Part shown: positions 45,889-54,411 of the stretch, piece by piece
Numbering within the stretch: position 1 is the stretch's first letter
Layout of the letters: the number at the start of each line of letters is the position of its first letter
Assembly: GCA_964445325.1 (NCBI GenBank)
Contig: CAYUKN010000002.1
Location: 10,794-74,793, forward strand
Source of the DNA: an uncultured Ectothiorhodospiraceae bacterium
GTDB taxonomy: Bacteria > Pseudomonadota > Gammaproteobacteria > XJ16 > Halofilaceae
Length of the DNA stretch: 64,000 nucleotides
Direction of reading: 5' to 3'
Translations under genes and position numbers: made by a program
Notes under the pieces: generated by a model
What the model was told of the DNA's origin: nothing
Database searches by the model: none
Seen by the model: the letters and a program-made list of their open reading frames with translations, nothing else

Positions 45889-47323
45889 TGCAGGGGGGCA
45901 GGTCGGCGACTAGCTCGTCCGCCCAGGCCTCGAGCTCGACGGCCAGCTCCGTCGCCAGCCGGCCCGAGGTCATGCCCTCCTGGAGCTCATCGCGAAAGCG
46001 GGCGACACTGCGCGGGCTGGCCGCAGCGCCTCGGCACAGACGCTGCCAGCGTAGCTCGCGCCACTGGCGACGCTCGGTCGGGGACAACGTGCCCGGCCAG
46101 TTGCGCGCCCGATAGCGCCAATACAGGGCAGCCAGACGCGCGTCGCGGAAACCGGGATCGAAGCCCGCCAGATCCTCGGGGGCGCTGCGGTGCACGGCGT
46201 CGAGGCGTTCGCGCTCGGTGTCGTCGACGAGCGCATCGTAGAGGGCGACGTCGGGATCGGCGTCGCCGCCCGGTGGCTGGCCGAACACCGCCTGCAGCTT
46301 CGCCGCCAAGCCATCGTGGGCGACCAATGCCTGGAGCCGCGCGCGAACCTGGTCTGCGTCGATACCGAGGCGCTCGGCGGCCGCGGCGTCCAGCGTGGCG
46401 AACGGGACCACAACCGGCACCCGGTTGAGCGCGATCTCGTGCAACGGCATCGCCAGGGCATCGGGGTCGCGCTCGGCTGCGGGCGTGAACAGCGCCTCGG
46501 CGATCGCTCCGGCATCCCACTCCAAAAGCGGCGTCGGGTCGGCGCCGAGGTCGACGGCCAGGACCGATTTGCTCTTGACCGGGTGCTGCGCCAGTGCGGC
46601 GACGGGGGCAAGGTGGCCGCGGCTTGCCGGATGGTGGGCGGCGACGTGGAGTACGGGCTGGGGCGCGTTCGGATCGAGGCGCTGGCCGACGCGCTGCCAG
46701 TCCCGGTTGGCGAAGACGAAGTCGAACAGGCGCGGCTGCGCCGCCCGCAGGCGCCGCGTGAGCTCGATTGTCGCGCGCACATCGGCGAGCGCGTCGTGTG
46801 CCGCGTAGTCGATGCCGTTCGCCGCCGCCAGATCCTCCAGCCGGAAGCTCGGCGTCCCGTCGGCATGGTTGGGCCAGGCCATGCCGTCGGGGCGCAGCGC
46901 GCGCGCCAACCGGAACATGTCGATGACGTCCCAGCGCGAGTTGCCCTGGCGCCACTCACGCGCATATGGATCGAGCAGATTGCGCCAAAGCAGGTGGCGC
47001 GTGACCTCATCGTCGAAGCGCACCGAGTTGAAGCCGACGCCGCAAGTGCCGGGTGCGCCCAGCTCCTCGAGCACGGCGGCAGCGAACTCGGCCTCGATGA
47101 CGCCGTTGGCGCGCGCGTATTCGGGCCCCACACCCGTCACGGCACAAGCCATGGGCGAGGGCAGCACATCCGTGGGCGGCTGGCAGTAGAGCACCCGCGG
47201 CTCACCGACGATGCTGAGCTCGGTATCGGTGCGCAAGCCGGCGAACTGCAGCGGCCGATCGCGCCGCGGGTCCGTGCCCGTGGTCTCGTAGTCGTGCCAG
47301 AACAGCGTCTCCGCAGCGCTCAT
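45881..47323 (-). CDS. sbcB: Exodeoxyribonuclease I
   Basis: WHDYETTG, DRPLQFAG, GFNSVRFDDEVTR, NSRWD, SFRLEDL, HDALADV. Confidence 0.95.
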   Translation of the reverse strand: MSAAETLFWHDYETTGTDPRRDRPLQFAGLRTDTELSIVGEPRVLYCQPPTDVLPSPMACAVTGVGPEYARANGVIEAEFAAAVLEELGAPGTCGVGFNSVRFDDEVTRHLLWRNLLDPYAREWRQGNSRWDVIDMFRLARALRPDGMAWPNHADGTPSFRLEDLAAANGIDYAAHDALADVRATIELTRRLRAAQPRLFDFVFANRDWQRVGQRLDPNAPQPVLHVAAHHPASRGHLAPVAALAQHPVKSKSVLAVDLGADPTPLLEWDAGAIAEALFTPAAERDPDALAMPLHEIALNRVPVVVPFATLDAAAAERLGIDADQVRARLQALVAHDGLAAKLQAVFGQPPGGDADPDVALYDALVDDTERERLDAVHRSAPEDLAGFDPGFRDARLAALYWRYRARNWPGTLSPTERRQWRELRWQRLCRGAAASPRSVARFRDELQEGMTSGRLATELAVELEAWADELVADLPPCNA

Positions 47324-47376
47324 CGCGCTCCCCTTCGGCTTCTGGCGCGCGATCGTATCACCCGTTCGCGCCTGAA

Positions 47377-47782
47377 GAACCGTGAATGGACACGGATATT
47401 CGTCGGAGCCGGACGGTTCGGTGGAGCGGCGCTACGCCAGCGTTGGGCGAACAGGCTGCGCCTAATAGGGAACCACAAAATGAGCACAAAATGGACACAG
47501 AATCTGTCTTCTTGCGGAACAAGCCGGGCTGGCGCTTCGCGGTTAGGGAATGCCTGATTTAACCCGCTCATCGCGGTGGCGGATGTCAGCGGGCTGTTCG
47601 CAAGTCACTGGCAGATCGGACTAAAAGTCCGATCCACAGGATATGATGAGACCCGAATTCCAAATAAATCAGACCTTCCTTAGCGCAGCCGGCGTCATTC
47701 GCCGTTGCAAGAACCGCCCATCGGCATGAGCCGAATGCCCCGTCCTCTATTTGGTGTTTATCCAGTGTCGATTTTGTGGTTC
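47377..47782. repeat. Patch of degenerate 10-bp-periodic repeats with a perfect 12-bp inverted pair
   Basis: GAACCGTGAATGGACACGGAT at 47377; GAACCACAAAAT at 47470-47481 and its reverse complement at 47771-47782. Confidence 0.6.
47614..47637 (-). repeat. REP-type element GTGG-ATCGGACT-TTT-AGTCCGAT
   Basis: Perfect 9-bp stem GATCGGACT/AGTCCGATC preceded on the minus strand by GTGG, the GT(A/G)G tail of RAYT-associated REPs. Confidence 0.65.
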
Positions 47783-47914
47783 TCTCAGCAGAGACTTTAC
47801 GCCCAACGGGCGCTGCCAGCGTAGCTCCACCGGCGTTTCTCGGCCCCGCTGCCACATTCGCATCCACTCGCGGTTCCACCGCTTGCGCGCGCCCGCCTGT
47901 TATGCTCGCCCGCC

Positions 47915-49075
47915 ATGAGCACGGCTCCTACCCCGATCACGACGAAGGCGGCGCTGGAGGAAACGGCCGAGGCGTTGCGCGCTGCCGGCTGGTTTGCGCT
48001 CGACACCGAGTTCATCCGCGAGACCACCTACTGGCCGCGGCTGTGCCTAATCCAGGTCGCCACTGACGACACCCTCGCACTCATCGACCCATTGGCGCTC
48101 GACGACCTGGACCCCCTGCTCGACGTACTGTTCGACGCCTCGGTGACCAAGGTGCTGCACGCCGCGGCGCAGGACCTCGAGATCTTCCACCATATGACGG
48201 GCCAGGTGCCGGGGCCCATCTTCGATACCCAGGTCGCCGCGCCGTTGCTCGGCTTCCCCGAGCAGGCCGGCTTCGCCCGCCTGGTCGAGGCCTTGCTGGG
48301 CGAGCAGCTCGGCAAGGGCCAGGCGCGCACCGACTGGAGTGAACGCCCGCTGCCGGCCGAGGCGCTCGCCTACGCCGCCGACGATGTGCGCTATCTGGTG
48401 CCGCTGTATCACCGCTTGTACGAAGGCCTGGCCGAGCGCGGGCGCCTCGACTGGCTGGAACCCGAGTTCGCCCGCCTAACCGACCCGACGCGCTACGAGC
48501 GCCCAGCGGCCGACGCCTGGCGCCGGCTCAAAGGCGTCGACCGCCTGTCCGCCGCGGGCCGCGCCGTTGCCCAGGCACTGGCCCACTGGCGCGAGGACCG
48601 CGCCCGCGCCGAGGACGTCCCGCGCAAGCGCGTGCTCCAGGACGACGCCCTGGTCGACATCGCCCGTGCCCTGCCGCGCACGCACAAGCAATTGGGGCGG
48701 TTGCGCTCGGTCCGCTCGGGCGCGGTGCAGCGCTACGGCGATGCCCTGCTCGAGCTCGTCGGCCGCGCGCGCGAGCGCACGGCGCCGGCACCCAACGAGC
48801 GCGCGAGCACGCCGCCGTTGGACGAGGCCGGCGAGGCCCTGGTGGACGCGCTGAGCGCGTTGGTGCGGTTGAAGGCCGCCGAGCACGCGCTCAATGCGGC
48901 CACGCTGGCCGAGCGCAAGAGCCTCTCGCGCCTGGCCCGCGGCGAGACCGTCGCTGCGGTGCTTTCGGGCTGGCGCTATCGCGTCCTCGGCGAGACGCTC
49001 GAGGCCTTCCTGAACGGCGAAAGCGCGGTCAACTGCGGCACGGACGGGGCCCTCGCCCTGCGCTCGGTCGACTGA
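47915..49075 (+). CDS. rnd: Ribonuclease D
   Basis: [53 protein letters not shown] region. Confidence 0.94.
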   Translation: MSTAPTPITTKAALEETAEALRAAGWFALDTEFIRETTYWPRLCLIQVATDDTLALIDPLALDDLDPLLDVLFDASVTKVLHAAAQDLEIFHHMTGQVPGPIFDTQVAAPLLGFPEQAGFARLVEALLGEQLGKGQARTDWSERPLPAEALAYAADDVRYLVPLYHRLYEGLAERGRLDWLEPEFARLTDPTRYERPAADAWRRLKGVDRLSAAGRAVAQALAHWREDRARAEDVPRKRVLQDDALVDIARALPRTHKQLGRLRSVRSGAVQRYGDALLELVGRARERTAPAPNERASTPPLDEAGEALVDALSALVRLKAAEHALNAATLAERKSLSRLARGETVAAVLSGWRYRVLGETLEAFLNGESAVNCGTDGALALRSVD

Positions 49076-49199
49076 GTCGCGCTCCTCGCGCGGCCGGCGA
49101 CGCCGACGACACCCCAAGCTTGCGCGCGCGCTGACGCCCGCAGTACCGTGCTCGGCGCTCGTAACGAACCCGTCCATCACAAGTCGTAAGGAGGCCGGC

Positions 49200-50309
49200 A
49201 TGAAATCGCGTGCAGCCGTCGCTTGGGCGCCCAACACCGAGCTCGACGTAACCGAGATCGAGGTCGAGGGACCGAAGGACACCGAGGTACTGGTGCGGAA
49301 CATCGCCACCGGGGTGTGCCATACCGACGCCTACACGCTCTCGGGCGCGGATCCGGAGGGCGTGTTCCCCTCCATCCTGGGCCACGAGGGCGGCGCCGTG
49401 GTCGAGGATGTCGGCAAGGACGTGACCACGGTCAAGCCGGGCGATCACGTCATCCCGCTCTATCGGGCCGAATGCGGTCAGTGCAAGCTTTGCCGCTCGC
49501 CCAAGACCAACCTCTGCCTGGCGACGCGCGCGACCCAGGGCAAGGGCTTGCTGCTCGACGGCACCACGCGCTTCTCCAAGGACGGCCAGACCATCCACCA
49601 CTTCATGGGGACGTCGACATTCTCGGAGTACACCGTGCTACCCGAGATCTCGGTCGCCAAGATCGACCCGAACGCCCCGCTCGACAAGGTCTGCCTGCTT
49701 GGCTGCGGCATCACCACGGGCATCGGGGCGGTGCGCAACACCGCGCAAGTGCAACCCGGCTCGACCGTGGCCGTCTTCGGTCTGGGCGCGATCGGCCAAT
49801 CGGTGATCCAGGGCGCCAAGCTCGCCCAGGCGAGTCAGATCATCGGCATCGACATCAACCCCAACAAGTTCGACTTCGCCTACAACATGGGCGCGACCGA
49901 GTGCATCAATCCAAACGACTACGAGGACTCGATCGTCAAGGTCCTGGTCGACAAGCTCGATGGCGGCGCTGACTACACCTTCGAGTGCATCGGCAACGTC
50001 GACGTCATGGGGGCCGCGCTGCAGGCATGTCACATCGGTTGGGGCGAGTCGACGATCGTGGGCGTCGCCGCCGCCGGTGAGGAGATCCGCACCCGGCCGG
50101 TCAACCTCGTAACCGGCCGCGTCTGGCGCGGCACGCCCTTCGGTGACGTCAAGGGCCGCACGGGGGTACCCAAGTACGTCGACAGCTACATGAGTGGCGA
50201 GATCAACGTCGACGACTTCGTGACCCACGAGATGGGGCTAGAAGACATCAACCACGCCTTCGAGCTCATGCACGAGGGCAAGAGCATCCGCTCGGTGATC
50301 AAGTTCTGA
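49200..50309 (+). CDS. frmA: S-(hydroxymethyl)glutathione dehydrogenase / class III alcohol dehydrogenase
   Basis: GVCHTD, GHEG, CGQCKLC...[24 protein letters not shown]. Confidence 0.95.
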   Translation: MKSRAAVAWAPNTELDVTEIEVEGPKDTEVLVRNIATGVCHTDAYTLSGADPEGVFPSILGHEGGAVVEDVGKDVTTVKPGDHVIPLYRAECGQCKLCRSPKTNLCLATRATQGKGLLLDGTTRFSKDGQTIHHFMGTSTFSEYTVLPEISVAKIDPNAPLDKVCLLGCGITTGIGAVRNTAQVQPGSTVAVFGLGAIGQSVIQGAKLAQASQIIGIDINPNKFDFAYNMGATECINPNDYEDSIVKVLVDKLDGGADYTFECIGNVDVMGAALQACHIGWGESTIVGVAAAGEEIRTRPVNLVTGRVWRGTPFGDVKGRTGVPKYVDSYMSGEINVDDFVTHEMGLEDINHAFELMHEGKSIRSVIKF

Positions 50310-50310
50310 G

Positions 50311-51168
50311 ATGGCCATGACGACTTCGATCGAACCCGTCGCCCAGGTCAAGACGTTCGATGGCTGGCTCCAGACCATCGAGCATCACAGCGAGGCCTGC
50401 AGCGCCCCCATGCGCTTCGCCGTCTACCTGCCGCCGCAGGCGCAGCACCGCAACCTGCCCGTGATGTACTGGCTCTCCGGCCTGACCTGCACCGAGGAGA
50501 ATTTCATGGTCAAGGCGGGAGCGCAGCGCTACGCCGCCGAGCACGGCGTCGTACTCGTCGCCCCCGACACCAGCCCGCGCAATCTGGGCTTGCCGGGCGA
50601 GAACGACAGCTACGACTTCGGCAGCGGTGCCAGCTTCTACGTCAACGCTACGGCCGAGCCCTGGTCGCGCCACTACCAAATGTACGACTACGTCACGCAG
50701 GAACTGCCCGCCTTCGTCGAGGGCCACTTCCCCGTGGCAACGGATCGGCGCTCGATCAGTGGGCACTCGATGGGCGGTCACGGGGCCCTGGTCGCGGCGC
50801 TGCGCGCACCCGACGCCTATGCGGCGGTCTCGGCATTCTCGCCCGTGGTCGCGCCCACCCAGGTCCCGTGGGGCGAGAAGGCGTTGTCGGGCTACCTGGG
50901 CGATGACCGTGAGGCATGGAAGGCCTACGATGCCTGCGAGCTCGTCGGCCATGGCCACGGCTCGCCCGAATTATTCGTCGATCAGGGCGAGGCCGATCAG
51001 TTCCTGGCTCAACAACTACAGCCCGAGCGCCTCGAACGCGCGGCCGAGGCCGCAGGCCATCCACTGACGTTACGGCGCCAGCCAGGCTACGATCACAGCT
51101 ACTACTTCATCGCCACCTTCATCGGCGAGCACATCCGCTACCACGCGCAAAAGCTGGGCGCTGAGTAA
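50311..51168 (+). CDS. frmB: S-formylglutathione hydrolase
   Basis: YWLSGLTC, PDTSPR, GHSMGGHG nucleophile elbow, DQGEAD, GYDHSYYF. Confidence 0.95.
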   Translation: MAMTTSIEPVAQVKTFDGWLQTIEHHSEACSAPMRFAVYLPPQAQHRNLPVMYWLSGLTCTEENFMVKAGAQRYAAEHGVVLVAPDTSPRNLGLPGENDSYDFGSGASFYVNATAEPWSRHYQMYDYVTQELPAFVEGHFPVATDRRSISGHSMGGHGALVAALRAPDAYAAVSAFSPVVAPTQVPWGEKALSGYLGDDREAWKAYDACELVGHGHGSPELFVDQGEADQFLAQQLQPERLERAAEAAGHPLTLRRQPGYDHSYYFIATFIGEHIRYHAQKLGAE

Positions 51169-51214
51169 TCAGCTTCTGGGGGTGCGGGATGCTCCGTGCC
51201 CCCTCTTCCTTCCG

Positions 51215-51501
51215 GAACCGCAAAATGGAATCGCCAAGCAGAAACCACGAATGGGCACGGACAAACACGCATGGGTAAGCCAACGATGGCGGACGCCGGC
51301 TTATTTTGTGTCTTGGCCGGCGGGACACAAGAGGCGCTCAGCACAATCCTTGACTAGGGATATGAACAGCAAGGGACTATAGCGCAGCTCCAGCAGGTGG
51401 CAAGAAACACGAAAGAAATACGACTCGCGGCACCTGCGTTCAGCGAAACGCCCCGCACCGCGAAGGCGTTGCAGCCAGAAATTCGCGTCCATTCGCGGTT
51501 C
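51215..51501. repeat. Second patch of the same periodic repeat family
   Basis: GAACCGCAAAAT 51215, AACCACGAATGGGCACGGACAAACACGCAT 51243, inverted GAACCGCGAATGGACGCGAAT 51481-51501. Confidence 0.55.
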
Positions 51502-51579
51502 TCCCCAATCGCCTTTCTCGACTCTCGTGAGCGGCCGCAGCACCGACTAGCGGCCCTTGCCCGCCACCGGGCTTCGCGC

Positions 51580-51628
51580 TGCCCCGCAGCGGTGCAGGGC
51601 CCGCTTCGGCCTGCACCGTGGGTGTGCA
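51580..51628 (+). promoter_or_regulatory. Tandem NtrC binding sites
   Basis: TGCCC-N7-GTGCA (51580-51596) and TGCAC-N7-GTGCA (51612-51628), 32 bp apart. Confidence 0.8.
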
Positions 51629-51680
51629 GCACCCTTGCCGGACCGTTCGTAACTTACTGATTGGCAGAATTTTTATGAGG

Positions 51681-51695
51681 TGGCATGGCGCATGC
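51681..51695 (+). promoter_or_regulatory. sigma54 -24/-12 promoter of glnK-amt
   Basis: TGGCATGGCGCATGC, GG-N10-GC. Confidence 0.8.
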
Positions 51696-51750
51696 TCCCG
51701 GGAGGTCGCGGCACCGCCGTGGTTCCCGTGGTGCAAGGAGATCCGAAGCC

Positions 51751-52089
51751 ATGCAACTGATTTTCGCAATCATCAAACCCTACAAGCTCGACGACGTCCG
51801 TGAGGCGCTCAATGAGATCGACGTGCAAGGCATGACGGTCACCGAGGTCAAGGGTTTCGGCCGTCAGCGCGGCCATACCGAGCTCTACCGTGGCGCCGAG
51901 TACGTCGTGGACTTTCTGCCCAAGATCCGCATCGATGTGGTCGTCAGTGACGATGTCCTCGACGACGCCATCGATGCGATCTGCAAATCCGCTCAAACGG
52001 GCAAGATCGGCGACGGCAAGTTGTTCGTGCAGCCGATCGACCGCGCCGTTCGCATTCGTACCGGTGAGGCCGGTTCCGAGGCACTGTGA
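51751..52089 (+). CDS. glnK: PII nitrogen regulatory protein
   Basis: AIIKPYKLDDV, GFGRQRGHTELYRGAEY, TGKIGDGK, RIRTGE; ATG 51751 with AGGAG RBS; precedes amt. Confidence 0.95.
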   Translation: MQLIFAIIKPYKLDDVREALNEIDVQGMTVTEVKGFGRQRGHTELYRGAEYVVDFLPKIRIDVVVSDDVLDDAIDAICKSAQTGKIGDGKLFVQPIDRAVRIRTGEAGSEAL

Positions 52090-52101
52090 GGAGGGATCAT
52101 C

Positions 52102-53370
52102 GTGGAAGCTGCCAACGCAACAATCGAACTCAGTTACGCCCTCGACACCTTCTATTTCCTCATCAGCGGGGCATTGGTCATGTGGATGGCCGCCGGCTTC
52201 GCCATGCTCGAGGCGGGCCTGGTCCGGTCGAAGAACACCGCCGAGATCCTGCTCAAAAACGTAGCGCTGTATTCCACCGCCTGCGTGATGTATCTGATCG
52301 TCGGCTATCAGATCATGTACGGCGGTGCGCTCAACGCGGTCATCCCCGGTATCGACGTCCTTCTGCCCGCTGAGAACACCACCGAGGCGGTACTCCAAGG
52401 TGGCGAGGATGCGCCCTATTACTCGGGCTATGCCGACTTCTTCTTCCAGGTCGTGTTCGTCGCCACCGCGATGTCGATCGTATCCGGCGCGGTCGCCGAG
52501 CGCATGAAGCTGTGGTCGTTCCTCGCCTTTGCCGTGGTCATGACCGGTGTCATCTACCCCGTCCAGGGCTTTTGGCACTGGGGCGGCGGCTTCCTGGCCG
52601 AAGCCGGCTTCTCCGACTTCGCCGGCTCGGGCGTCGTCCACCTCGCGGGTGCGACCGCCGCCTTGGTCGGGGTGCTGCTGGCCGGTCCGCGTAAGGGCCG
52701 CTACGACGAGGAAGGCCGCCCGAGGGCGTTCCCCGGGGCGAACTTGCCGCTCGCCACGCTCGGGACCTTCGTTCTGTGGCTCGGTTGGTTCGGCTTCAAC
52801 GGCGGCTCCCAGCTCGTCATCACGAGCGTCAGCGACGCCAACGCGGTCGCCGGCATCTTCGTCAATACCAACGCCGCCGCAGCGGCGGGCGTGCTCGGCG
52901 CGCTGCTCACCGCCAAGGCGTGGTTCGGCAAGGCCGACCTGACGATGGCACTGAACGGGGCTTTGGCCGGGCTCGTCGCGATCACGGCCGAGCCGGCCGC
53001 GCCCGGGCCGCTGGCGGCGACCCTGATCGGCCTCGTCGGCGGTGTGATTGTCGTCGCCGCGATCGTCGCTCTGGATCGGCTGCGCATTGACGATCCGGTC
53101 GGCGCGATCTCGGTGCACGGCATCGCCGGTATCTGGGGTCTGCTGGTCGTGCCGCTGTCCAACGCGGGCGCCTCGTTCGGGGTGCAGCTCATGGGCGCCG
53201 GCGTAATCATCGCCTGGGTCGGCCTGGCGAGTGCGCTCGTATGGGGCCTGCTGCGCGCGACTGTCGGCCTGCGCGTTTCCGAGGAGCAGGAGTACAGCGG
53301 GATCGACGTCGCCGAGTGCGGTCTCGAGGCCTACCCCGAGTTCACGGCCTCACGTGGCATATCCCCGTAA
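52102..53370 (+). CDS. amt: Ammonium transporter
   Basis: GFAMLEAG, SGAVAER, DFAGSGVVH, LWLGWFGFNGGS, DDPVGAISVH (twin His). Confidence 0.95.
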   Translation: MEAANATIELSYALDTFYFLISGALVMWMAAGFAMLEAGLVRSKNTAEILLKNVALYSTACVMYLIVGYQIMYGGALNAVIPGIDVLLPAENTTEAVLQGGEDAPYYSGYADFFFQVVFVATAMSIVSGAVAERMKLWSFLAFAVVMTGVIYPVQGFWHWGGGFLAEAGFSDFAGSGVVHLAGATAALVGVLLAGPRKGRYDEEGRPRAFPGANLPLATLGTFVLWLGWFGFNGGSQLVITSVSDANAVAGIFVNTNAAAAAGVLGALLTAKAWFGKADLTMALNGALAGLVAITAEPAAPGPLAATLIGLVGGVIVVAAIVALDRLRIDDPVGAISVHGIAGIWGLLVVPLSNAGASFGVQLMGAGVIIAWVGLASALVWGLLRATVGLRVSEEQEYSGIDVAECGLEAYPEFTASRGISP

Positions 53371-53426
53371 ACACGGGTGCCTGCGGTGTGGGACAATCTG
53401 GTTCACGTTCGACCACGGAGGCTTAC

Positions 53427-54350
53427 GTGTCCGGGCTTGCCTTCACTCCGCTGATCGTCGGCTGTGGCGACGCCGGGTCGCGCCTGGCTCGTTCGTTGAT
53501 CGCCTCGGGCCTGCGGCCCGTGGGCTTGGTGCGCAACCAAGCAGCGGCGGACAGCTTGGGCCGCTCCGGCGTCGCCCCAGTCGTCGCCGACCTGGATCGC
53601 AGTGTCGAGGAGCCGCCCGCCGCCGCGGCGGACGGCTCCGTTTTCTACCTCGTGCCCCCTTCGCCCGATGCCAGCGACGACGACCCGCGCTTGCGGCGCT
53701 TCCTCGCTGCCTGCGAAGAAGCCGTTCCGCGGCGGTTGCTGTATGTCAGCACCTCGGGTGTCTACGGTGATTGCGGGGGTGGATGGGTGGATGAGAACCA
53801 ACCGGAAGCGCCCCGCACCGATCGGGCGCGGCGCCGTCTCGCTGCCGAGCGGATCGCGCGGGAGTGGTGCGATGCCCGCGGCACCGAGCTCGTGATCCTG
53901 CGCGTGGCGGGTATCTACGGGCCCGGGCGGTTGCCGGTGGATCGGCTCGAGGGTTTGAGCGTCATCCACCCGGAAGAGGCGCCCTGGAGCAACCGCATCC
54001 ACATCGACGATCTCGTCACCGTGCTGCATGCCGCGGCGCTGCGGGCCCCGGCGGGCAGCATCTACAACGTCGCCGATGGTAATCCCACGACGATGACCGA
54101 CTATCTCCATGCCGTCGCGGATGCCTACGGCTTGTCGCGGCCGCCCAGCGTCTCCCTCGACGAGGCCCCCATGTACCTCTCGCCCGGCATGCTCTCGTTC
54201 GTCCAGGAGTCCCGGCGCCTCGATGTCAGCCGGATGCGACGCGAGCTGGGTGTGAACCCGCGCTTCCCGACCATCGCCGAGGGCATCGCCGACTGCCGAG
54301 CGCGCGAGGATACGGGCCAGACCACGCGCATCGAGCGCTCGGTTTCGTAA
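53427..54350 (+). CDS. NAD-dependent epimerase/dehydratase family (SDR-like)
   Basis: IVGCGDAG, YVSTSGVYGD, LRVAGIYGPGR, NRIHIDD, IYNVAD; GTG start 53427. Confidence 0.88.
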   Translation: MSGLAFTPLIVGCGDAGSRLARSLIASGLRPVGLVRNQAAADSLGRSGVAPVVADLDRSVEEPPAAAADGSVFYLVPPSPDASDDDPRLRRFLAACEEAVPRRLLYVSTSGVYGDCGGGWVDENQPEAPRTDRARRRLAAERIAREWCDARGTELVILRVAGIYGPGRLPVDRLEGLSVIHPEEAPWSNRIHIDDLVTVLHAAALRAPAGSIYNVADGNPTTMTDYLHAVADAYGLSRPPSVSLDEAPMYLSPGMLSFVQESRRLDVSRMRRELGVNPRFPTIAEGIADCRAREDTGQTTRIERSVS

Positions 54351-54411
54351 TCACCGCAGGCGCAAGCGCGACCCGCAGCCGCGATGGATCCGATCGCTGC
54401 GCCGCCGGCCG

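Noticed and set aside
47586-47879. 97-aa minus-strand ORF in the sbcB-rnd spacer
   Set aside because: Runs through repeats and a REP hairpin, atypical codon usage, no recognisable family.
51301-51632. Short minus-strand ORFs in the frmB-glnK spacer
   Set aside because: They overlap repeats and NtrC sites; no RBS or motifs.
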